Assembly: GCA_965248195.1 (NCBI GenBank)
Contig: CBDFIQ010000002.1
Coordinates: 384,001-448,000, forward strand
Direction of reading: 5' to 3'
DNA length: 64,000 nucleotides
From: Longimicrobiales bacterium
GTDB lineage: Bacteria; Gemmatimonadota; Gemmatimonadetes; Longimicrobiales; Gaopeijiaceae
Position numbers and translations under genes: made by a program. Positions 10,555 through 20,090 of the stretch are shown here, in pieces. Numbering within the stretch: position 1 is the first letter of the stretch; each line of letters starts with the position of its first letter. The notes under the pieces were generated by a model. The model saw nothing but the letters and a program-made list of their open reading frames with translations, did no database searches and was not told the DNA's origin.

Positions 10555-13395
10555 TTAGAGCGCCCTTATCGCCTCGACCGGATCGATCCGGGTGGCCCGG
10601 AGCGCAGGGATGAGGCTGGCGACCATGGCGGCCACAAGGAGCAGGGCTATCGTACCCACGTACGTGACGGGGTCGGCAGGCGTGACGCCGTAGAGCAGGC
10701 TTTCGAGAACACGAGTGGCGGCTAGCGCGAGGCCGCCTCCGATCGCCACACCCAAGACCGTCAACCCTAGCACCCGGCCGGTCACGGACCAAATTACGTT
10801 TTCCGACTTCGCGCCCAGCGCGATTCTGATGCCGAGCTCCCGGGTCCGGCGCGTCACGGCCATGTGGATGGTTCCGTACACTCCCAGCAGGGTGAGGAAT
10901 AGCGCCATCACCGAAAATGACGTGAGCACCAGCATGACGAAGCGTTGGGAGGCGAGTGGTCCGTATATCCCCTGCTCAACGGTTTTGATTGAGAGAGGCA
11001 GTTCGGGGTCGATGCTCCATACGGCTTGCCGAAGGGCGTCGGCGACGCCCAACGGATCACTTCCGGAGGTGCGGACGAGTAGCCAGGACTGGATGACGGT
11101 GTCCCCATCACCGGTCCCCAGAAAAAGGATGAAGGGGCTCGCCTCTGCTGTGATCCCATTGACCCATGGCGAGTCCGGTATGACGCCAACGACGGTTGCC
11201 AGGTCTCCGTCACCGAATTCCAGCACCGAGCCTACTGGATTCTCTCCGCCGAAATAGTCGTCGACGAACGTGCGATTGACGTACACCACGGAGGGGTCGC
11301 CCGGCAGCCGCCGGACGTTCGGTCCTGACCCAGCCAGGAGGGGCCTGCCGGTCGTACGCGGATAGTCGCCACGCGCGTAGGCGATCACATTACGTGGCCG
11401 CGGCAACACCTGCTCAGGCTGACGCTCGTCGGGCCAGCCTCGGACAGTGAAGTTTCTGATTCCTGAGAATCTAATTGTTACCGCCGACTCGACCTCCGCC
11501 ATGCGGTCGAGTCTCGCGAAGAGCTCTTCGAAAAACAGCTCTCTTGATGGTCGAGGAGCCCATAAGGGGAACCAAGGCTCGTCATTCGGCCCTGGCGTCG
11601 TCCTCTCATAATACTTTTCGCGAGGCAGTTCGAAGTCGAGCTGCAGGAGATTTCGCTCCATTCCGATCTCGATCCGTGCGAAGCGCGCCATCGTATTCAC
11701 CATCAGTGCGCCACCTACCAAGAGCACAAAGACGATCGCGATCTCACCCACCGTAAGGAGATCACGCAATGGTCGGGCAGCCGGCCCGCGGGAGAAAAAG
11801 CCTCCCGTCTTCGTCGAGCCGCCCCAATCCACCCGGGATGCAGTAACCGCCGAGGCCAGCCCGAACAGGACGACGGTCGCGAACGACAGAACGACGGAGA
11901 ACGTGAGCGCCGTCCAATCGAGCGACACCTGCTCGAGCGGCATGCCGAGTTCGGCGGGGACCTCGTTGAAGGTCTCGAGAAGGCCGGGGGGAATCGCCGG
12001 TATGACGGTCGCCACTCCCCATTGAGCGAGGAGAAGTCCCAGACCGCCTCCAAGCACGCCGAGAACCGTCGCTTCAGCCAGAATCTGTCGGAACAACCGG
12101 CTTCGCGATGCTCCCATCGCCGCTCGTACGGCGAATTCACCGCGTCGCGCTTCGGAGCGAGCCAGGAGCAGCATCCCAACATTGGAGCAAGCGATGAGGA
12201 GGAGGAGTCCGGCCGTGCCGAGCGGCAATAACAACGGTGTACGGAAGGAGTCGTGGAGAGCTTCGCGAAGATCCTCGAGTGCGACGCCGTGAGCAGCGCT
12301 CGCTCCCTCGTAATCGAAATCTGCGGCGAAACTTCCGTCGGGGTAGTGTGGATGTTCCTCCGCGATGTTTCGAAAAATGACTGCCATGTCTTGGCGAGCG
12401 CGTTCGATGGGCACCCCCGGGGCCAGCCGACCGATCACCAACAGGATGTGGTTGCTTCTTTCCGTTAGCTCCTGCCTCTTCCCGGGGTTCAACCAGCTTC
12501 CGATGTTAAGAAATACATCGACCTCACCGCTTTCACCCCAACTACCCCCGATCCAGAACGGATTCTTCGGAAGTTGCGTGTTTGGGGGAAGAACCCCGAT
12601 CACCGTGTAGTTGAGCTCCTCCGTCCGGACGAGCCGGAGAGAGGTTCCCAGTACGTTTGGGTCGCCGCCGAAACGGCGTTGCCAATATCCGTAGCTCAGG
12701 ACGACCGTCGGCTCCGATGTCGGCTCGTCGTCCTGTGGCATGAACACACGGCCGATCATGGCGTCAACGCCCAAGAGTGACATGAACGATCCGGACACGG
12801 ACTGGATGTTCAGCCGCTCCGCACTCTCTCCGTCGGCCAGATTTCGGGTGCGGATGCGAGCTGCCGCCACGTCGGAGAAGAGCTGCGTCTGGCTCTTCCA
12901 ATCCAAGTACTCCGCAGGTGCCAACGGAATGTGGTCGGCCCAGAACTCCGGATTGCTCTCGTGGATCGTGACGAGTCGATCCGAGTCGGGGTAGGGTAGC
13001 GGGCGCAGGATGACCTGGTTGGTAGCCGTGAAGAACGTCGTCGCCGCTCCGATGCCGAACGCCAGGGAAGCGATCGCCGCCACACTCACGACCGGGTTGG
13101 CCCGAAGCAAGCGGACGCCGTACCGCAGATCGGTCAGCACGCCGTCCAAGAACGGTGGCCTCAAGGGCGGTCGCCCAGGGCCTCCGCTCCGGATCCGCAC
13201 CCCCTCGCCGAGTACGGAATCGAAGTCTCCCAACCGCTGCTCGGCGTCGCGCTGGGCGTCGTGCTCGCTCATGCCAGCCGCCAGGTTCTCATCCACCCGG
13301 CACGCCAGATGAAAACGCAACTCCTCGGCGACCTCCCGCTCGAGCGGCCAGTCGAGCGAACGCTTACGCCACCACCATGATTTGAATGGCCCCAT
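10555..13395 (-). CDS. ADOP-type duplicated permease with N-terminal permease-prefix domain
   Basis: EVAEELRFHL..GMSEHDAQRDA..RLG prefix plus the same permease motifs as 7076..9946. Confidence 0.92.
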   Translation of the reverse strand: MGPFKSWWWRKRSLDWPLEREVAEELRFHLACRVDENLAAGMSEHDAQRDAEQRLGDFDSVLGEGVRIRSGGPGRPPLRPPFLDGVLTDLRYGVRLLRANPVVSVAAIASLAFGIGAATTFFTATNQVILRPLPYPDSDRLVTIHESNPEFWADHIPLAPAEYLDWKSQTQLFSDVAAARIRTRNLADGESAERLNIQSVSGSFMSLLGVDAMIGRVFMPQDDEPTSEPTVVLSYGYWQRRFGGDPNVLGTSLRLVRTEELNYTVIGVLPPNTQLPKNPFWIGGSWGESGEVDVFLNIGSWLNPGKRQELTERSNHILLVIGRLAPGVPIERARQDMAVIFRNIAEEHPHYPDGSFAADFDYEGASAAHGVALEDLREALHDSFRTPLLLPLGTAGLLLLIACSNVGMLLLARSEARRGEFAVRAAMGASRSRLFRQILAEATVLGVLGGGLGLLLAQWGVATVIPAIPPGLLETFNEVPAELGMPLEQVSLDWTALTFSVVLSFATVVLFGLASAVTASRVDWGGSTKTGGFFSRGPAARPLRDLLTVGEIAIVFVLLVGGALMVNTMARFARIEIGMERNLLQLDFELPREKYYERTTPGPNDEPWFPLWAPRPSRELFFEELFARLDRMAEVESAVTIRFSGIRNFTVRGWPDERQPEQVLPRPRNVIAYARGDYPRTTGRPLLAGSGPNVRRLPGDPSVVYVNRTFVDDYFGGENPVGSVLEFGDGDLATVVGVIPDSPWVNGITAEASPFILFLGTGDGDTVIQSWLLVRTSGSDPLGVADALRQAVWSIDPELPLSIKTVEQGIYGPLASQRFVMLVLTSFSVMALFLTLLGVYGTIHMAVTRRTRELGIRIALGAKSENVIWSVTGRVLGLTVLGVAIGGGLALAATRVLESLLYGVTPADPVTYVGTIALLLVAAMVASLIPALRATRIDPVEAIRAL

Positions 13396-13439
13396 CGTCG
13401 ATCACCCTCACACGGACATGATTACACTTACGCACATCA

Positions 13440-13766
13440 CTACGCCGGCATCACTTTAGCGACGGCCTGGTGAAACCGAGTCCACTCGGTGGTCTGCACG
13501 GTCAACTCCTTGCGTCCGACTGGAGTGAGGTTGTACACACGGGCACGACGGTTCTTATCTGAAATGGTCCACTCGGACTCGATCCACCCACGGCGCTCCA
13601 TCCGGTAGAGCGCGGGATACATGGATCCCTCCTCGATCTGCAGGACCTCGTCGGTCAGCTTTTGGAGCCGTCGCGTGATGGCGTAGCCGTGCAACGGCTG
13701 CTCGACTAGGATCTGAAGCACGATCATGTCCAGCGTGCCTTTGAGCATGATTTGCCGTGATGCCAT
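13440..13766 (-). CDS. PadR family regulator (acidobacterial type)
   Basis: LKGTLDMIVL..LHGYAI..EEGSMYPALYRME..NRRARVY. Confidence 0.95.
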   Translation of the reverse strand: MASRQIMLKGTLDMIVLQILVEQPLHGYAITRRLQKLTDEVLQIEEGSMYPALYRMERRGWIESEWTISDKNRRARVYNLTPVGRKELTVQTTEWTRFHQAVAKVMPA

Positions 13767-13780
13767 AGTTAGATCTTCTC

Positions 13781-13797
13781 ACTTAGAATCTCTGAGT
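13781..13797. promoter_or_regulatory. Candidate PadR operator
   Basis: Imperfect inverted repeat ACTTAGA-N3-TCTGAGT just upstream of the padR start. Confidence 0.5.
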
Positions 13798-13850
13798 ATA
13801 AATACGACGACCGGAGGGTCAAGTCAAATGGTGCCCCGCGACAATGTCAT

Positions 13851-13903
13851 CCGCCTTGCCTGCGTTAACTTCTTGAGCTTAGGCCGCGGACCGTGGGAGC
13901 ATG
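13851..13903. repeat. 53-bp dispersed repeat, copy 2
   Basis: See 10403-10455. Confidence 0.8.
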
Positions 13904-13910
13904 GTCGGGA

Positions 13911-14000
13911 TTCTTGGTAGTGGTGTCGCTCTTGGCCTGCTTCATTCCGGCGCGTCGCGCCACGAAGGTAGACCCGATGGCCACGCTGCGGACTGAATAG
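13911..14000 (+). pseudogene. C-terminal remnant of a third ADOP permease
   Basis: Translates [29 protein letters not shown], the canonical ADOP C-terminus, with no upstream gene body. Confidence 0.85.
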
Positions 14001-14010
14001 TTTCCCGGGC

Positions 14011-14265
14011 CTAGCTGGGCAGCCCCTGATCGTCGTATCCGAGAATCTCCTCCGCCGATCGGCAATCCCGGTCGGGGAGCGCCCCCACGAAGTCCTGGAT
14101 CTCGGCGACCGCCGCCATCAGCCCGCCCGGCTGCGCCTGCGTGCGGAGGCCGGAAAGACGCTCCCGTAGTGCTATGGTGACCGCCTGGGTCAGACTCTCC
14201 CCCGTGCGCTCCGCCAGTTCCTTGGCCAGGCGGTGGGCTTCAGGGTTTTTTATTTTGAGTGCCAT
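14011..14265 (-). CDS. VapB-type antitoxin (Rv0623-like), cognate toxin absent
   Basis: MALKIKNPEAHRLAKELAERTGESLTQAV..AEEILGYDDQGLP. Confidence 0.88.
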   Translation of the reverse strand: MALKIKNPEAHRLAKELAERTGESLTQAVTIALRERLSGLRTQAQPGGLMAAVAEIQDFVGALPDRDCRSAEEILGYDDQGLPS

Positions 14266-14371
14266 AGCGTTCTCCGTGAAGGTAGAACGGTAATGCTGCG
14301 ATTCCACCGTTTTCAAGTAAAGGACCAAGGTTTAGGGCACGACCCTCCATTTCTTCCATAAAGGGGCTTGG

Positions 14372-14404
14372 ATACGTATATTACATAACGTCATACGTAT
14401 ACGT
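14372..14404. promoter_or_regulatory. Candidate toxin-antitoxin autoregulatory operator
   Basis: Repeated ATACGTAT palindromes immediately upstream of the antitoxin start at 14414. Confidence 0.55.
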
Positions 14405-14413
14405 GTAGAGACC

Positions 14414-14635
14414 ATGAAACAGAAACTCACGATCACTGTGGATGGCGAGCTCGTTCCGATGGCGAAGCGATATGCCCGATCCCAGGGTGTTTCGCTTTCG
14501 TCGCTCATCGAGACGGAGCTACGCGACCTGGTCTCGGGGGAGGCTCCGTCATTTACCTCGCGCTGGCGCGGCAAGTTTGAACCGGCCGAGCGCGAAGACC
14601 CCAGATACGAGGCACTTGCTAAGAAGTACCTGTGA
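14414..14635 (+). CDS. Antitoxin, DUF6364-like ribbon-helix-helix protein
   Basis: MKQKLTITVD..AKRYARSQGVSLSSLIE..LAKKYL; GTGA overlap with the PIN gene. Confidence 0.85.
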   Translation: MKQKLTITVDGELVPMAKRYARSQGVSLSSLIETELRDLVSGEAPSFTSRWRGKFEPAEREDPRYEALAKKYL

Positions 14636-15042
14636 TCCTCATCGACACCGATGTACTCATCGACCTGGCGCTCGATCGGGATCCGCACGCTGGTCCGGCC
14701 TCAGAGCTGTTCGACTATCTTGAGATCCGCCGCCGCCGAGCCTTCGTAGCGTGGCACTCACTGTCGAACTTCCACTACCTCGTATCGCCCGTCCATGGAA
14801 AGCAAAGCACCCAAGAGTTCCTCGTCGGTCTGACCCGCTTCCTGACCGTGGCACCATCCGACACCGAGGCACTTCGATTCGCAGCGCAGCTACCTATGAA
14901 CGACTTCGAGGACGCGCTCCAGGTCGCCGCGGCGAGGGCGTGCGGCGCCTCCTTCATCGCCACACGGAACACGAGCGACTATAGCCGTTCTCCAATTCCA
15001 GCCCTGTCGCCCGCGGCCGTGCTTGAAGAACTGAAGGGCTAG
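14632..15042 (+). CDS. PIN-domain (VapC-like) toxin
   Basis: ILIDTDVLID..DFEDALQVAAA..IATRNTSDY. Confidence 0.9.
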   Translation: MILIDTDVLIDLALDRDPHAGPASELFDYLEIRRRRAFVAWHSLSNFHYLVSPVHGKQSTQEFLVGLTRFLTVAPSDTEALRFAAQLPMNDFEDALQVAAARACGASFIATRNTSDYSRSPIPALSPAAVLEELKG

Positions 15043-16316
15043 AGGTCCCCCGCGACGCCCCCCTCAGGATGCAGAACGCTTTGGTCGTCCACCACGGCTT
15101 CGTCATCGGCGGCGAGGCCACTCCCCACCAGCCCCTCGACAGTCACGGCCGCCGCTACGTGTCCGGTGATGTTCGTCGCGCTCCGGAACATGTCCGGAAT
15201 CCGGTCGATCCCGAGCAGAAGCCCCAGGCCAGCCAGCGGTACGCCAGCGGCCTCGAGGATCGGGGCCAGCGTCACGATGCTCGCGGACGGCACCGGAGCC
15301 ACCGACATGGCGACCACGAAGCCCACGAATCCGGCGCTCACGAGGGTGGTGAACGGGAGCGGAACGCCGTAGAGGGCTGCGAGGAACACCACCGCCCCGG
15401 CCTGGAAGAGAGCACTGCCCGCGCGATTGATGGCCGCCCCTAAAGACAGGACCAGCGACGATACGGCCGGCGAGACGCCGAGTGCCTCGGCATCCTCGAA
15501 CATGACCGGGAGGGAGGCCACCGAGCTTGTCGTCGAGAACCCGATCACATAAGTGCCGGTCACTCCCCGAACGAACTCCCCTACCCCCTTCTTTCCCAGG
15601 AGCCGCACGGCCGGTAGGTAGAAGAGGGCCATGAACACGAACAGCCCGACGACCACGGTTCCCACGAACACGGCCAGGCCGGCGAGCAATCCGAACCCCA
15701 TCCGCGCGACGACCGGTGCGGCGAGCCCGAACACCCCGGCGGGCGCGGTCCACAAGATCCAGTGGATGAGCCGGGCGAATATGGAGCTGAGGTCCTCGGC
15801 GAAAGTGATCAGCCGGTGGCGAGCTGCCTCCGCCACGGCGCCCGTCGCGGCGGCCAGGAGAAGCGTGAACACGATCAGCGGGAGAAGGGCCCCGTCCGCC
15901 GCGGCGGCGAACGGGTTGGCCGGGATCAGGCTCAAGACGAGGTCGAGCAGTCCGGGGAGCTCTTGGGCGCTCTCTACTGTTGTCGGTACCTCGACGGCCA
16001 CCGGCCAGATGGTCATCGCGACGGTCATGAACCCCATGCCCATGACGATGGCTGGGATGGTCGTCCCCCAGAAGAAGCCGAACGCGGATCCCCCGAGCTT
16101 TCCCACCGACCTTGGATTTCCGAGGCGGGCGACACCGACGAAGATGGTCGTCACCACGAGCGGAATGACCACCATTCGGATCGCGTTGATGAACAGCGTG
16201 CCCAGAGGCGCCACGCCGGCAGCCAGGCGGTCGAGCACACCGATGTCGGTGGCGCTGGCGAGGAGTCCGAGCGTGAGTCCCAGGATCAGTCCCAGGGCGG
16301 TGGCGCGGTGGTTCAT
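15039..16316 (-). CDS. Dicarboxylate/amino acid:cation symporter (DAACS family)
   Basis: FINAIRMVVIPLV, FSTTSSVASLP, GIDRIPDMFRSATNITG. Confidence 0.93.
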   Translation of the reverse strand: MNHRATALGLILGLTLGLLASATDIGVLDRLAAGVAPLGTLFINAIRMVVIPLVVTTIFVGVARLGNPRSVGKLGGSAFGFFWGTTIPAIVMGMGFMTVAMTIWPVAVEVPTTVESAQELPGLLDLVLSLIPANPFAAAADGALLPLIVFTLLLAAATGAVAEAARHRLITFAEDLSSIFARLIHWILWTAPAGVFGLAAPVVARMGFGLLAGLAVFVGTVVVGLFVFMALFYLPAVRLLGKKGVGEFVRGVTGTYVIGFSTTSSVASLPVMFEDAEALGVSPAVSSLVLSLGAAINRAGSALFQAGAVVFLAALYGVPLPFTTLVSAGFVGFVVAMSVAPVPSASIVTLAPILEAAGVPLAGLGLLLGIDRIPDMFRSATNITGHVAAAVTVEGLVGSGLAADDEAVVDDQSVLHPEGGVAGDL

Positions 16317-16663
16317 GCGTCGGCCTCCCGGAGGATCCGATCGATGTGACCCGACTCAGGGGACCAGCCATCCAGGTCCCAGTCGATCCGTCCACCCTGC
16401 GTGAAGCGCACACCCTCGTCCTCCAGCAAGGCGCGCTGAATCTGCGCCGCATGGTGTATCGAAGATGTGGAGATCCGACCGGAGCTGCTGATGACCCTCC
16501 ACCAGGGGACGTCGAGTTCTTCAGGGAGGGCGGAAAGGGCCCCGCCGACGGCGCGGGGTGCGTAGGGGCGTCCCAGAATAGCGGCGACCATCCCGTAGGA
16601 CAGGACAGAGCCCGAGGGAATGGCGGACACCAGGGCATACACCGATCGAGCAAAGGGCGTCAT
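16313..16663 (-). CDS. Alkyltransferase-like protein (MGMT family, Atl/YbaZ type)
   Basis: SYG.VA..G.P.APRAVG; PWWRV in place of catalytic PCHRV; QRALLEDEGV. Confidence 0.88.
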   Translation of the reverse strand: MTPFARSVYALVSAIPSGSVLSYGMVAAILGRPYAPRAVGGALSALPEELDVPWWRVISSSGRISTSSIHHAAQIQRALLEDEGVRFTQGGRIDWDLDGWSPESGHIDRILREADA

Positions 16664-16871
16664 GGGTGTGGTGGCTGCACTGGCGTCGCTCCCGGGATGG
16701 GTTGACGGACACGAGAGCGGCAGTCGCAGCCATGCGCAACCCCTCACCCTTCGGTGCCCCCGGAGCCTGCCGTGGTTTTGCTCTTGCGAGTGGTCACCGT
16801 TCAGTTTACCCCTTGAAGAGGCGTGCCCCTGCGCCGTTTAATGCTAGCACCGTTGGCCTCGGGAGATACCC

Positions 16872-19400
16872 ATAACGGCTCGCTCTGGACTCGCTTCGCT
16901 CGCTTTGATAACGAGTTTTGCCCTCGGCTGCACGAGCAGCAGCGATCCGGGCGGCGGCGATCCCCCACCCCCGGCGCCGGTGGCGAGCATCACCGTCACG
17001 GCCGCACAGGCGACCGTGGTGGTTGGAGCGAGTGTGCAGATGTCGGCGAGCACGCTGGATGCGGCGGGCAACGCCCTGGCCGGACGCAGCGTGACCTGGA
17101 GCAGCTCCGACGCGGCCGTCGCCTCGGTCAGCGCTAGCGGGAGCGTGACCGGGCGATCGCCCGGTCCAGTGACGATCACGGCTACGTCCGAGGGACACAC
17201 CGGCTCGGAATCGATCACCATACTGACCGACGTCGCTTCGGTGGCCGTGACCCCTGACCCGGCCGAGGTGATTTCCGCCCTCAGCGTCCAGATCACAGCC
17301 ACCGCCCAGGCGGCCGACGCCAGCCCGTTGACCGGAAAGACGTTCACGTGGGCCACGGCCGATCCCTCCATCGCGACTGTCGACGTAAATGGGGTGGTGA
17401 CCGGGGGGACGCCGGGAGTCACCACCGTATCCGCGACCGCAGAGGGGATTACGGGAGAGGCCACCCTCAACGTGGTCACACCGCCACCGGTCCTGTTGGC
17501 GTCGGTCAACCCGGATCCGTTGATCGAGGGACAGCCGGCCAGCATCACGGGCGTAGGATTCAGCCCGAGCGCCGGTGAAAACACGGTTTTGGTGGACGGC
17601 GTGACGGCCCTCGTGACGCTGGCGACGTCCACGGCACTCAACATCGTGGTACCCGCCTTCGACTGTCGACCGACACGCTCGGTGGGCGTGCAGGTAACGG
17701 TGGCCGGGGAGTCCAGCAACGTCTCGAACGTGACCGCCTCACCTGCGAGCTTCCTGGACATGGCGCTGGGCGATCAGGTGATTCTCGAGAATCCCTCGGG
17801 CTTCTGCATGCAGTTCGATGAGAGCGCCGCGGCCGAGCGCTACATCTTCGGTGTGCAGTCGGTGTCGGAGGTGGCCGCGACGCTCACACCGGTCCGGGTG
17901 TCGTCCACCATTCCAGGGGCCGCCCCTGTGAGTCCTCAGCTGCCGAATCCTGCCCTGGCCATGAGCTCCGTCGGGCCGTCCCTCACCCCAACCGAGCTGC
18001 GGCGGGTGGAGAGGTGGAACCGGCATAGCGAGGCGGAGAGCGCCTTCTTCGATCGCTCGAACAGCGTTCTGAACCCGCTGCTGGCGTCCGGAGCATACCG
18101 ATTCCCGGCATCGGCGCCGGGCGGGCCGGCTCTGATCCCGGGCAACGTGATGGAGGGCACCGCCCTCACTGTAAAGTTCCCGGATTTCGGCAACGACAGT
18201 TGTGCAAACTCCCTCGACCTTCCGGTCATCGTAAGGAAGGTGAGCACCCGGGCTATCATCGTGGAGGACACACTCAACCCAGCCGACGGCTTCGTGGCCG
18301 CCGACTTCGACGCAATGGCGGCCGACTTCGACGGCACCATTTATGACGTAGACGTCGATTTCTTCGGGGAGCCGTCTGATATCGATAGCAACCAGCGCAT
18401 CGTGATCGTCGTCACGAAGGAAGTCAACAAACTGACGTCGCCGCCTCTGGCCTTCGTGTCCCACGCCCAGCTCTTCCCGGTCGCGACCTGCCCGGCCAGC
18501 AACGAGGGCGAGTACTACTGGACACGCGCGCCCGACCCCCTCGGCACGTACAACGCCGGTGAATACCTGCTTGCGGATGCGAGGCTCGACAACCGGGAGC
18601 TGCTCGCGCACGAGTTCGCACACATCATTCAGGGCTCCCGGCGCAAGGCCGTGGGCTCCTTCATGACGGCATTTAATGCCGAGGGCGGGGCGACGGCGGC
18701 TGAGGAGTTCGTCGGCTTCGCGTTCGAGGGCCGCAGCGACGGCATGAACTACGGGGCCGACGCGATCTACGTGAGTCGCGGCGCCGACCCGAACGGCTAC
18801 TACGGCTACATGGGCGACCTGATCGGGTACTTCGGGTACGACTTCACCACCAAAGTTTCGATCTCGGGGGCACCCGAACAGTGTACGTGGCTCGGGGTTG
18901 ACGGCGAGACCGGGCCGTGCGACTTCGCCACCCGTCTCCGCTATGGAGTTCCGTGGTCGCTGGTGCGGCATGGGATCGACCTGTATGGGGCGTCGCTCGG
19001 AGGTAGCCGTGGCGTGCACCGCGCGTTGGTCGACTACTCAGGCGCGGCCGGCTTCGCCGCCATAGAGACTGTCTTCGGCAAAACGATGGGCCAGATGATG
19101 GCGATCTGGGCGGCGATGTTATACGTCGACGACCGCTTCGTGGATCCGGCGCTCGCCATGTTCCAGTTCGCGAACTGGGACCTGAGGAGCCTGGAGGGCG
19201 CTTTTGCAGCGCCCGCTGCCCTGTCGCCGCGGGCTCGCGGCTTCGTGGATTTCCAGGACGACTTCAGCGTGCGGGCCGCCTCCAACGCCTTTTTCGAGAT
19301 CAGTGGTGGTGGGCGACCCGCTACGGCCGTCCGCATCCGGGATCAGAGTGGGAATCTCCTACCCGGTTTCTTCCAGGTCTGGATCGTGAGGGTCGAATGA
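16872..19400 (+). CDS. Lipoprotein with two Ig-like (Big_2) domains, an IPT-like domain and an HEXXH zinc metallopeptidase-like domain
   Basis: Lipobox ALG-C; VTWSSSDAAVASV and TWATADPSIATV repeats; LAHEFAHII..AEGGAT. Start uncertain: ATA 16872 after GGGAGA, or TTG 16905. Confidence 0.85.
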   Translation: MTARSGLASLALITSFALGCTSSSDPGGGDPPPPAPVASITVTAAQATVVVGASVQMSASTLDAAGNALAGRSVTWSSSDAAVASVSASGSVTGRSPGPVTITATSEGHTGSESITILTDVASVAVTPDPAEVISALSVQITATAQAADASPLTGKTFTWATADPSIATVDVNGVVTGGTPGVTTVSATAEGITGEATLNVVTPPPVLLASVNPDPLIEGQPASITGVGFSPSAGENTVLVDGVTALVTLATSTALNIVVPAFDCRPTRSVGVQVTVAGESSNVSNVTASPASFLDMALGDQVILENPSGFCMQFDESAAAERYIFGVQSVSEVAATLTPVRVSSTIPGAAPVSPQLPNPALAMSSVGPSLTPTELRRVERWNRHSEAESAFFDRSNSVLNPLLASGAYRFPASAPGGPALIPGNVMEGTALTVKFPDFGNDSCANSLDLPVIVRKVSTRAIIVEDTLNPADGFVAADFDAMAADFDGTIYDVDVDFFGEPSDIDSNQRIVIVVTKEVNKLTSPPLAFVSHAQLFPVATCPASNEGEYYWTRAPDPLGTYNAGEYLLADARLDNRELLAHEFAHIIQGSRRKAVGSFMTAFNAEGGATAAEEFVGFAFEGRSDGMNYGADAIYVSRGADPNGYYGYMGDLIGYFGYDFTTKVSISGAPEQCTWLGVDGETGPCDFATRLRYGVPWSLVRHGIDLYGASLGGSRGVHRALVDYSGAAGFAAIETVFGKTMGQMMAIWAAMLYVDDRFVDPALAMFQFANWDLRSLEGAFAAPAALSPRARGFVDFQDDFSVRAASNAFFEISGGGRPATAVRIRDQSGNLLPGFFQVWIVRVE

Positions 19401-19996
19401 TGAAGAGCATCTCAAGGCTTGGCGTGTTGGTGCTGGTGTGCGCGATCCTGGCCTCGTGCGGAGGTGCGTCCGAAGACGCAGCGCCGGCCGCGGCCAGTGC
19501 AGACCGAGGTGAAGCCGCAGAACCTGCGGAGGGAGGCACCGACACCGCGACGGAAGGCGGCGGGGAAGCTCCGGAGGGGACTTCCTTGCTCGAGTTCACC
19601 GGACCGGTCACCTCCACGGGCACCGAGGGGATGCGAATGGTGACCCTCCGTGCGGACGATGGGAGCGCCGTAGGACTTGTCGGTGACCTGGCCGCCGAGC
19701 TCGCGAGGCTCTCGGGTGCGGTGGTGACGGTTCGTGGAAACGACGCCCCCGCGCCCGCAGACCGCGGGTTGGAGGTCACGGAATACGAGGTGGTCAGTGT
19801 GAACGGCGAGACGCCGAGCGTAGGTGTGCTCGAGAGACGTGACGGTGTGTACTGGCTCGGAGGCGATCCGGGCATCCACCTCATGGGCGTCCCGGACGCG
19901 TTGGCGCAGGCGGTCGGGGCCAAGGTCTGGGTGACCGGGTCCTCGGGCCCCGACGGTTTGACGGTTCAGTCTTACGGGATCATCCGGCCGAACTGA
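19397..19996 (+). CDS. Hypothetical lipoprotein
   Basis: Lipobox LAS-C; ATGA overlap with the upstream gene. Confidence 0.75.
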   Translation: MMKSISRLGVLVLVCAILASCGGASEDAAPAAASADRGEAAEPAEGGTDTATEGGGEAPEGTSLLEFTGPVTSTGTEGMRMVTLRADDGSAVGLVGDLAAELARLSGAVVTVRGNDAPAPADRGLEVTEYEVVSVNGETPSVGVLERRDGVYWLGGDPGIHLMGVPDALAQAVGAKVWVTGSSGPDGLTVQSYGIIRPN

Positions 19997-20090
19997 GCCT
20001 CCCGTACCACGGGCAGCGCGGAAGAGCCGCTCAGAGCTTACGAAGCCGGGTTTGCCGGAGGCGGAGCCCGGAAACGGAGAAATCTGAACG

